Of a stretch of 64,000 bases of DNA, positions 56,863 to 64,000 are shown piece by piece. Source of the DNA: an uncultured Planctomycetaceae bacterium (GTDB lineage: Bacteria > Planctomycetota > Planctomycetia > Pirellulales > Pirellulaceae). The position numbers were made by a program, and so were the translations under genes. The DNA is taken from the NCBI GenBank assembly GCA_963758085.1, contig CAVWUB010000004.1, forward strand, positions 334,259 to 398,258, written 5' to 3'. Every line of letters begins with the position of its first letter. The first letter of the stretch is position 1. Below the pieces are notes generated by a model. That model searched no databases. It was not told the origin of the DNA and saw only the letters and a program-made list of their open reading frames with translations.

Positions 56863-58116
56863 ATGTCTGCGGGGAACCAACATGGGCGCGTTGGGGTGCT
56901 ACTATTTTTGCTGCTGCTCGGTCTGGCTGTCGGACCAGCACGCTTGCTGGCCGACGGCACGCTCAATTCGGCTGGCCCACCGATCATTTCCTGCATCGGC
57001 GGTGAGAATGCAACGACAGTTGCCACCTGCGGCCAAGGGTGGCTGGAGCAAATCAACGGCTACCGGGTATTGCACCTCAAAGGTTCGCCCTACGAGATGG
57101 GATACCAGCACGGCGTGCTGCTGCGGGACAGCGTTCGCAAAAATTTTGACACCTTGCTGCGGATCAAAGGCGATGAGACGCTAGTGGAGTTTGCGGGGCT
57201 GAAGGTCAAGCCGCGTGGCGTGATCGAGATGATCATGAAGGTTCAGGAGCCGTTTGTCCCGGAGAAGTACACGCAGGAGATGGACGGCTTGGCGGCCGGT
57301 GCTGGTCTGGCGGCCAGCGACATCCGCGTGGCGAACTTCATCCCGGAGTTGTTTCACTGCAGCGGCTTCGCCATCTCAGGGGGTGCTACCGCAGATGGAA
57401 CCTTATATCACGGCCGCGTGCTGGACTACGCGGTGGACTGGGGACTGCAGGAGCATTCGGTGATCATCGTTGCTCAGCCCGATGAGGGTATCCCGTTTGT
57501 AAACATTTCTTATGCGGGGTTCGTCGGCAGCGTCACCGGGATGAATACGCAGCAGGTTTCGATTGGCGAAATGGGTGGCGGTGGCCTGGGCAATTGGGAA
57601 GGCGTGCCGATGGCACAGCTGATGCGCGAGGTTCTGCAAACGGCAGCAACGCTCGATGATGCCATTGCTGTTTTTAAGAACCATCCGCGGACTTGCCAGT
57701 ACTTCTATGTGATCGCTGATGGCAAGACCGGTCAGTCGGTTGGGATCGAAGCGACTTGGGAAAAGGTCGATGTGATCCGCGCCGGCGAAGCCCACCCGCT
57801 GTTGCCCCACGCGGTCGAGCACTGCGCACTGCTAAGCGCCGGGGATCGCTACCATGAACTGGTCCGGCGTGTCAAAGCAGGGGCCGGAACCTTTGATGCT
57901 CACTCGGCACTCAGCTTAATGGCTCGACCGGTGGCAATGGGTTCCAACCTGCACAACGTGCTGTTCGAGCCGGCTTCGACCTGTTTTTGGGTGGCCAATG
58001 CCGGCATCGATGGCAGCCCGGCCGCTGAGCAGCCCTACTACGCCTTTCAATTGACCGAGTTGCTCGCCAGGCAGCCTGACCCGGCGGCACCCGCGCTGGC
58101 GATGCAGACGCGGTGA
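56863..58116 (+). CDS. Secreted C45-family Ntn-hydrolase (acyl-CoA:6-aminopenicillanic-acid acyltransferase / choloylglycine-hydrolase-like)
   Basis: A signal peptide. HCSGFAISGGATADGTLYHGRVLDY places the Cys nucleophile in the CxxF...GRxxD context typical of the C45/C59 families. Confidence 0.6.
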   Translation: MSAGNQHGRVGVLLFLLLLGLAVGPARLLADGTLNSAGPPIISCIGGENATTVATCGQGWLEQINGYRVLHLKGSPYEMGYQHGVLLRDSVRKNFDTLLRIKGDETLVEFAGLKVKPRGVIEMIMKVQEPFVPEKYTQEMDGLAAGAGLAASDIRVANFIPELFHCSGFAISGGATADGTLYHGRVLDYAVDWGLQEHSVIIVAQPDEGIPFVNISYAGFVGSVTGMNTQQVSIGEMGGGGLGNWEGVPMAQLMREVLQTAATLDDAIAVFKNHPRTCQYFYVIADGKTGQSVGIEATWEKVDVIRAGEAHPLLPHAVEHCALLSAGDRYHELVRRVKAGAGTFDAHSALSLMARPVAMGSNLHNVLFEPASTCFWVANAGIDGSPAAEQPYYAFQLTELLARQPDPAAPALAMQTR

Positions 58117-58191
58117 ACAACTCACCGCCTGAGATTCACACCGCAGCCGATGCTTGCCATGGAAAATGGCTGGCTCGCTTGCGGACAGGAA

Positions 58192-59542
58192 TTAAAACTG
58201 GAATCCGTCGGGGATCTCGGCGTCCTTGATCACCACGGGAATACCATCGCGGACCTGCATCGGCTCATCCTCGCCTTGGTTCTCGACCGCCCCTGCGTTG
58301 GTGATCCGCACGTTCTTACCGATGCGGCAGTTCTTGTCCAACAGCGTGCCTTCGATCACGCTGCCGTCCCCGATGCCGACCGGAATTTGTCCCTCTTTCA
58401 GATCTTCCTTCGATTCGCGGTAATCGGCGCCCATGATCACCGAATTGCGAATCGTGACATTGTCACCGATCACCGTTCGCAGCCCGATCACGCTGCCTTC
58501 GATGACGGTTCCGCGGCCGATCTGACACCCATCTGCGATCAACGAGCTGGTGATTTTGGCATCTTCAACCACTGTCGGCGGCAGAAAGCGGCCGCGGCTG
58601 TAGACCGGCGCTCGACTGTCACTGAAGTCGAAGGGCGGCGACTTGCGGGTCAAGCTGAGGTTAGCCTCATAGAACGCCCGAATGGTGCCGATGTCTTCCC
58701 AGTAGCCATCAAACAGGTGCAACTGAACGTGGTAATTGTTCAGCGCAGCAGGAAATACTTCCTTGCCGAAATCTTGATAATCCGTGTTGGTCAGCAGGTC
58801 GACCATCACGTCACGGTTAAAAATATAAAGTCCCATGTTGGCCAACAGGTCGCGGCCCTCGGAAGGAATACCATGGGCATCGATCCAAGCGGGATCCGTG
58901 CGAACGCCGGCATGTTGATCTTCCGTCTTTGGCTTCTCAACAAAACCGGTTACTCGGCCACTGTCGTCAACCTTAATGATCCCCAGCGCTTCGGCGTCCT
59001 TGCGGTGGACCGGAATCCCTGCGATCGTCACCGCCGCGCCGGATTCGACATGCGTCTTCATCATGTCTTCGAAGTTCATCCGGTAGAGTTGATCGCCCGA
59101 GAGGATCAGGACGTGGTCGACCCAGCGTTGTTCGATGTAGCGGATGTTTTTCCGCACGGCGTCCGCGGTCCCTTGGTACCAGTCCATTCCCTCTTCGACG
59201 GTCTGCTGGGCAGCGAGCAGTTCGACAAAGCCGTTGTTGAAGTGATCAAAGCGGTAGGTCTGACGCAGGTGACGGTGCAAGCGAGACCGACAGGAACTGC
59301 GTCAGCACGTAGATGCGGTTGACGCCGCTGTTGATGCAATTGCTGATCGGAATGTCGATCAAGCGGTACTTGCCCGCCAACGGCACGGCCGGCTTGGCGC
59401 GGATCTTGGTCAGTGGGAACAGCCGAGTTCCTCGGCCACCGCCGAGAATCAAGGCAACCGTGTTTCGCATGTCCATCGGAAAACTATTGGTTGGAGGTGA
59501 GTGCTGGGGTCCGCTTCCGATGGACGCCAGCCAGGCGCTCAC
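58192..59542 (-). CDS. glgC: Glucose-1-phosphate adenylyltransferase, interrupted by a frameshift near 59275-59290
   Basis: The N-terminal part (59246-59542) is [54 protein letters not shown]. The body (58192-59280, other frame) starts at ...[12 protein letters not shown], which is the expected NSASLNRHL region. A one-nucleotide indel lies at the junction. Confidence 0.75.
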
Positions 59543-59576
59543 CGGGTGAAGGCGATCTTACCAGATTGGCGCTCCC

Positions 59577-61232
59577 TCAATCACGGGGGCGATCTTCGAC
59601 CGTGCTGAGGATGGGCGAATCGACCATCGACGCCGACAGCCGAACCCCGAGAACCCGCAAACAGACATTGATCGCCGAAATCGATTTCAGCTGTGTTCCG
59701 AACAACAGTCCCAGCGCCAACAGACGCCCGCAGGAGGACATCCCGAACAGCACCCAGTAGGCCGATTGGCCTCCCCCTAGCAGTTGCAGCATTCCTGCAC
59801 CGACGAAGGCCCCACCACATAACGCCATCATGTTGGCCAAGTTGTAGTAGGTCAGCATCCGGGTACGTTTCTCGATCGGCAGCGTCTCAAAGAACATCAG
59901 AAAAAACCCAAGCTCATAGGCGGCCCACATGATCCCTGAGATCATCTGCACTATGGCTAGCTGATAAATGTTGTCCGAGATGATCCACAGTGCTGACAGC
60001 GGAACGATCCCGACTCCACCGATCCACAACAGGCGCTGCGCCCCACCGTTGTGAGTGAGCTTAGTCCACCATGACAGCGCGATGATTTTCGACAGAAAAC
60101 CGATCGCTAGAAGCGTCACGAACTGTGAGTATGAGAAATGAAGTTGCTTGAGCATGTAGGGCGAGAAGAACGGTCCAGAGATCTGTACCATTCCCTGTAC
60201 GGCAACCAAGTAGGTCAACAATCGCATGCCGCTAATGCCGGGCGATCGCTTTCGCCGCGTGGAAGTGCTGGCCGCAGCCGTCGCTGCCGCCTTGCGGGTG
60301 CGACTGTGAACGCTCGGCTCGCCGGTCCTAGCCGGCTGGTGATGGCGGATCAGCCATGACACCGACCACATGCGAAACAAACCCGCTGCGGCAAAGATGC
60401 ACGCGAACCCTACCAGCGCGTGACCATGCGTGTCCGCCCACTGCAGCGTCACTCCACCGGCAACCAACCCGGTCAAGGTGCAGATCTGGGACAGCCGCGT
60501 GCGTAAGGAAAAGTACCGCGGTCGAATCCGCGACGGCACGATCGATTCCATCCAAGTATTCCACGCCGGTCCACTGGCCAAACCGCCCGCCCAGTACAGT
60601 GATGCGATCGCCAATAGCGGCACGAGCGCAAGGGAGCCCTGAATCGCTGCATAAACCAAAGGAAAAAAGCTCAGGCCTTGCAACGTGGCGCAACAGACCA
60701 CCCAGCGTTTCTCCGAGCCGAACCAGTGCACGGCGCGCAGGGAAATCAATTGCAAAATACCGCCGGCGAGCAGCGGCACACTAGACACCAATCCAGCCGA
60801 AATCTCGCCTAGACCAATCGCTAGCGCGAATGCCGCTAAGTAGCTCTCACCCACTCCGACCATCACGCCGAACGTCGCTCCGTCGGCCATGCTGGCGCAC
60901 AGGTTGGCGCGTGTGGTCAGCGCTCGGGTGCCGTCAGTTGTCGCAGGCTGTACAGCTGGCGAGACCGGTGGCTCGTCCGTGTGAACCAGCGGAAAGGGAT
61001 GCGAAGTCGGCTCGCTGACGGTCCAGTCCGCGAGGACCGCGATCTGTGGCGATGTGGTAAACGAATCGCAAAGCGGGTCAGAAGCAGAGGAAGACGCGGC
61101 CGTAAGGGTGGCGGACATATTGCACGAGGTACGGGTAAAGGCCAGATCCGTACCGATTGTACGGATTGGGTGGACACGAAGGGATTGTTCAAAGTTCGCG
61201 GCGCTTCCGCCACGGCAAAACAGCAAAATCAA
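59577..61232 (-). CDS. MFS transporter (12-TM)
   Basis: Two 6-TM halves with a central Arg/Lys-rich loop and a transporter-like hydrophobicity pattern. An N-terminal Ser/Thr/Pro-rich extension is present and the start could be 61232 or the internal MSATL. Confidence 0.55.
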   Translation of the reverse strand: MILLFCRGGSAANFEQSLRVHPIRTIGTDLAFTRTSCNMSATLTAASSSASDPLCDSFTTSPQIAVLADWTVSEPTSHPFPLVHTDEPPVSPAVQPATTDGTRALTTRANLCASMADGATFGVMVGVGESYLAAFALAIGLGEISAGLVSSVPLLAGGILQLISLRAVHWFGSEKRWVVCCATLQGLSFFPLVYAAIQGSLALVPLLAIASLYWAGGLASGPAWNTWMESIVPSRIRPRYFSLRTRLSQICTLTGLVAGGVTLQWADTHGHALVGFACIFAAAGLFRMWSVSWLIRHHQPARTGEPSVHSRTRKAAATAAASTSTRRKRSPGISGMRLLTYLVAVQGMVQISGPFFSPYMLKQLHFSYSQFVTLLAIGFLSKIIALSWWTKLTHNGGAQRLLWIGGVGIVPLSALWIISDNIYQLAIVQMISGIMWAAYELGFFLMFFETLPIEKRTRMLTYYNLANMMALCGGAFVGAGMLQLLGGGQSAYWVLFGMSSCGRLLALGLLFGTQLKSISAINVCLRVLGVRLSASMVDSPILSTVEDRPRD

Positions 61233-61331
61233 ATCAGTGGCGGAGATTCGGATCTACCTGCCGCGCGGCCGCTCCGTCATCGACCGCTAGGCGCTCAGTT
61301 CGGGGACACCTACACAGGGTGACTCCGCAGG

Positions 61332-62456
61332 TTAAGAATCCGGCAAGGCCTGCGGTGTTGGCTGCTCGCTCCGATTCATCTCGTGAGCGGTGACCAACTC
61401 GCTAGTCACGGCTGAATCACCCGTGGTTAAGACACCGCTGCTCGAATTGCCAACGAGGGGGCCGTCAGGTGGCACAGCGCCCAGACTCTGGAACTCGCCC
61501 AGCTGCGCGGTACCGCTGGTGCCACCGAGTGAACTCGGCTCGACCGGGTCGCTGAGGTACTGCTCGCGCGTAGCAAACGGCCGGATCGGTGGCGGCACCG
61601 CCGGTTCCCAAACCTTGGTGCTGAGAGTGACTTCGGGAATGGCGTAAGCGTGATGGTGAGCGGCGGCGTGACCAACAATGACTGATCCGTAGTACAGTGG
61701 ATCGGCATAACGAGGGAGGACAAATCCCAGCGCGCCGCCGACGTACGTTCCATAGGCCGGGTAGAGGATGCGGTAAGCCTCACGCTGCAACTCTGCGTCA
61801 CCGGTCGCTGCGACATACGCCATCACATCACCCGTTGCGACCCGCTCATGCCAGAGCGGCACGATCGGAATCAGGTACACCAGCGCGTAGGTTCCCGGAT
61901 GTTCCTGCCGCGAAAAATCCTTGGCATGTGCCGCCTCGTGCAACGCAATCGACGGCAGGTCGCTGTAAAGATGCACCGTTGCGGTAAATGGGTTGTAGTG
62001 ATCGCCGCCGAAAATCCGACCCGGTAGGATCGCTTCACCCAATACCGAGAGCGTGCCGAGCGTATAGCGATACCCCCAGCCGACCGTTTTATTGGCCCGC
62101 AACCGCCGCCAATCTTCCAGCGGCGCGTATTGGTTGATCCGCAGCTTGACGTGCTCCAGGTCGTTGGCGGCCAGGTAGCCGGCTACCACCGCCTCGCTGT
62201 GCTGTGAGATGTGGTGGTTGTCGATCCGCGGATCCCACAACAGCAGCCGGCCTGGAATGCCAAACACCCAGCCGACCGAGTCGATGATCGGCAGCGGCCG
62301 CCCGCGTTCGATCGGTGGCCTGGTCAGGGCCAGCAGTTCCGGAGCGACCCGGTAGGAATCGACAATGATCGGTCGTGGAGCCAGTGGATTGCACCCTGGG
62401 GCGACCGACAGAGCGATGGAGATAATCGCCGAGGCGACCATGCGATCAAGGAGCAT
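61332..62456 (-). CDS. Putative lipoprotein with an HExxH metallopeptidase-like motif
   Basis: Signal/lipobox ISIALSVAPGC, an LHEAAHAKD motif (HEXXH), and a second His cluster HAAAHHHAYA. Confidence 0.45.
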   Translation of the reverse strand: MLLDRMVASAIISIALSVAPGCNPLAPRPIIVDSYRVAPELLALTRPPIERGRPLPIIDSVGWVFGIPGRLLLWDPRIDNHHISQHSEAVVAGYLAANDLEHVKLRINQYAPLEDWRRLRANKTVGWGYRYTLGTLSVLGEAILPGRIFGGDHYNPFTATVHLYSDLPSIALHEAAHAKDFSRQEHPGTYALVYLIPIVPLWHERVATGDVMAYVAATGDAELQREAYRILYPAYGTYVGGALGFVLPRYADPLYYGSVIVGHAAAHHHAYAIPEVTLSTKVWEPAVPPPIRPFATREQYLSDPVEPSSLGGTSGTAQLGEFQSLGAVPPDGPLVGNSSSGVLTTGDSAVTSELVTAHEMNRSEQPTPQALPDS

Positions 62457-62601
62457 TCCGAACTCGGCCCAAGCGGTGATAGAACGCTGCGCACCCGTAG
62501 TGAATGGCTCTACCGCTCCGGCTGCCGCCGGGTCAAGATCGCTGCTGAAACCGCCTGCGTTCCGACTCCCGCCGCGACAAAAAGTTTCATCCTCAACACG
62601 C

Positions 62602-62629
62602 TTGACGAGCCCTGGCCAGACGTGATACT
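62602..62629 (+). promoter_or_regulatory. Putative sigma70-type promoter for tRNA-Ala
   Basis: TTGACG (62602-62607), a 16-nt spacer, then GATACT preceded by TG (62623-62629), about 70 nt upstream of the tRNA. Confidence 0.4.
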
Positions 62630-62698
62630 CTTCTCGACCCGGCGACGGGGAAGCGGCAACAGCCGACCGCGATCGGACGCCGACCGAATTAAAAACTC

Positions 62699-62774
<76 letters not shown>

Positions 62775-62775
62775 C

Positions 62776-62800
62776 AAGCCACCTTCGGGTGGCTTTTTTT
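62776..62800 (+). terminator. Rho-independent terminator after tRNA-Ala
   Basis: AAGCCACC-TTCG-GGTGGCTT followed by TTTTTTT. Confidence 0.8.
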
Positions 62801-62893
62801 ACGTCTGCCCGACCGGGGCGACGACGCGTTGCCGACAGCCACGGCGGTTTTGCACGCGACCAAGTGAACCGGACCGCCCAGCCATGGCTTCGG

Positions 62894-63358
62894 TCAGTCT
62901 CGCAGGTCGATCTTGCAACAGCCGAAGTCCAGCGACTTGATCACCGCGCGCCCCTTGAGGAAGTCGGCGTTGAGTTGGTAGTAGCTGAACTTCCCTTCTT
63001 TCTGCGTCGTCACCAACTGGGCATGAAATAGCACCCGCAGGTGGTGAGATACGTTCGGCAACTCCAGTTCCAGCATTTCGGCAATGTCCGTCACGCTCAG
63101 CGGACCGGCCTGGAGTAGCCGGACGATCTGCAGACGCACCGGATCGCCGAGCGCCTTCAGGTAGCCTGCGCATCGATCGGCCGCTTGAGTCGATGAACTG
63201 TCGGCCACCCTCTCACCCGCCTTGCGAACGCTGAACCTCGGATCTCCACCGGCCCGAATTATCGCAGCGATCAGCGCGGGTGCAACCGGAGCGCGGCACT
63301 CGCCGAACTGACGCCAGCTAAACTGCCCACTCGTCGCCGTATTCCAGCTAGTTGACAC
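62894..63358 (-). CDS. ArsR/SmtB-family transcriptional regulator
   Basis: The wHTH LKALGDPVRLQIVRLLQAGPLSVTDIAEMLELELPNVSHHLRVL is the ArsR signature. There are Cys residues N-terminal of the HTH (DRCAGYL) and a C-terminal CC pair. Confidence 0.8.
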   Translation of the reverse strand: MSTSWNTATSGQFSWRQFGECRAPVAPALIAAIIRAGGDPRFSVRKAGERVADSSSTQAADRCAGYLKALGDPVRLQIVRLLQAGPLSVTDIAEMLELELPNVSHHLRVLFHAQLVTTQKEGKFSYYQLNADFLKGRAVIKSLDFGCCKIDLRD

Positions 63359-63374
63359 GCGCTGCGGGGCGACG

Positions 63375-63400
63375 TACGCTCAAACGCTCGTTTGAGCGTA
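63375..63400. promoter_or_regulatory. Perfect 12-2-12 palindrome TACGCTCAAACG-CT-CGTTTGAGCGTA, a candidate ArsR-family operator
   Basis: Read directly. It lies 17 nt upstream of the ArsR start codon, in the divergent region shared with the rhodanese gene. 12-2-12 dyads are the classical ArsR/SmtB operator geometry. Confidence 0.55.
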
Positions 63401-63485
63401 GGCTCAGCGAGGACGCGATGAGTTCAAGCCGCAAGCAACTCATGATCGATCCTTATCACTGCCCTTTCACTTGAGGAACGACAAC

Positions 63486-64000
63486 ATGAAGCAGATTTTC
63501 TTGGTCGCTATCGCGCTCTGGACCGGCTCCGCAAGTCTGGGGCGGGCCGAAATTGGAATTATCTCTCCGGCTGAAGCCAAACGTCTCATGGAGGTGTCCG
63601 ATCCAGCGAAGCGTCCGATCGTACTCGATACGCGCGGTGGCTATAAGGATTATTTTCGCGGGCATTTGCCACTGGCTCATCACCTCAACTTCGATACCCT
63701 CCGCGGCACCGATCGCGGTGTTCCTGTGCAATACCTTCCCGACGACCTCACCCGGGCGCTGTTGGTCCGTGCGGGTGTGGACCGCGACCGGACGCATTTG
63801 ATTTATGCCACCGGTGATCGACTACCCAACGATGAGGTGCTCAGCGCCAGCATGGTGGCCTATGTGCTGGAAAAGTTTGGCGTACAGGATATTCGCATCA
63901 TTGACGGCGGGCTGCCGCAGTGGGAGCGTGCGAACCTGCCCGTCGTGCAGGAATACTTTGGCAACCCGCCGGGAAAACTGCCTGAGCAAGATCATCCAGC
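63486..64000 (+). CDS. Secreted rhodanese-domain sulfurtransferase (3' end outside the window)
   Basis: A signal peptide MKQIFLVAIALWTGSASLGRA. PIVLDTRGGYKDYFRGHLPLAHHLNF is a rhodanese-like fold start. The ORF runs off the window end and is therefore absent from the ORF track. Confidence 0.6.
   Translation, partial: MKQIFLVAIALWTGSASLGRAEIGIISPAEAKRLMEVSDPAKRPIVLDTRGGYKDYFRGHLPLAHHLNFDTLRGTDRGVPVQYLPDDLTRALLVRAGVDRDRTHLIYATGDRLPNDEVLSASMVAYVLEKFGVQDIRIIDGGLPQWERANLPVVQEYFGNPPGKLPEQDHP

Overview
High-GC (about 60-65%) chromosomal segment that looks Planctomycetes-like (Pirellulaceae-type). Supporting markers are a DUF1559 prepilin-like protein, a sulfatase, an orphan FlgM and a small 'LYTGGC' lipoprotein. 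Most of the window is housekeeping: nadB (3' partial), cls, tRNA-Thr, tgt, serC-serA, map, leuS, rplU, ilvE, yicC-gmk-rpoZ-coaC, glgC, mrpA(B)CDEFG and tRNA-Ala. These are interleaved with accessory genes: a sulfatase-GDSL fusion, an EEP nuclease/phosphatase, a Fur-family regulator next to a His-rich glycine-zipper protein, a two-gene sugar ABC module, a Ser/Thr kinase, a sigma54 activator next to a Bcp peroxiredoxin, a C45 Ntn-hydrolase, an MFS transporter, and an ArsR-rhodanese divergon. Four things stand out. (1) An apparent four-gene operon at 30.2-39.5 kb: an NfeD/YqiJ-like membrane protein, a 715-aa flotillin, a 1752-aa protein whose only recognisable module is a C-proximal AAA+ ATPase, and a zinc-ribbon membrane protein. 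This is a candidate undescribed membrane-microdomain-associated ATPase system. (2) A conserved ~130-nt structured element with terminal inverted repeats GGGTGGCACG/CGTGCCACCC, present three times in the same orientation (5.6, 18.4 and 45.9 kb). It is a candidate sRNA or MITE-like family. (3) A locally decayed beta-ketoacyl synthase / ACP / FAD-oxidoreductase cluster at 27.1-30.1 kb carrying well over ten frameshifts. Single frameshifts also occur in ilvE, glgC, a DUF1559 gene and a TPR/alpha-CTD gene. (4) Heptanucleotide microsatellites between tgt and serC, and a perfect 12-2-12 palindrome between ArsR and rhodanese. No CRISPR arrays, rRNA genes or obvious transposases were seen.
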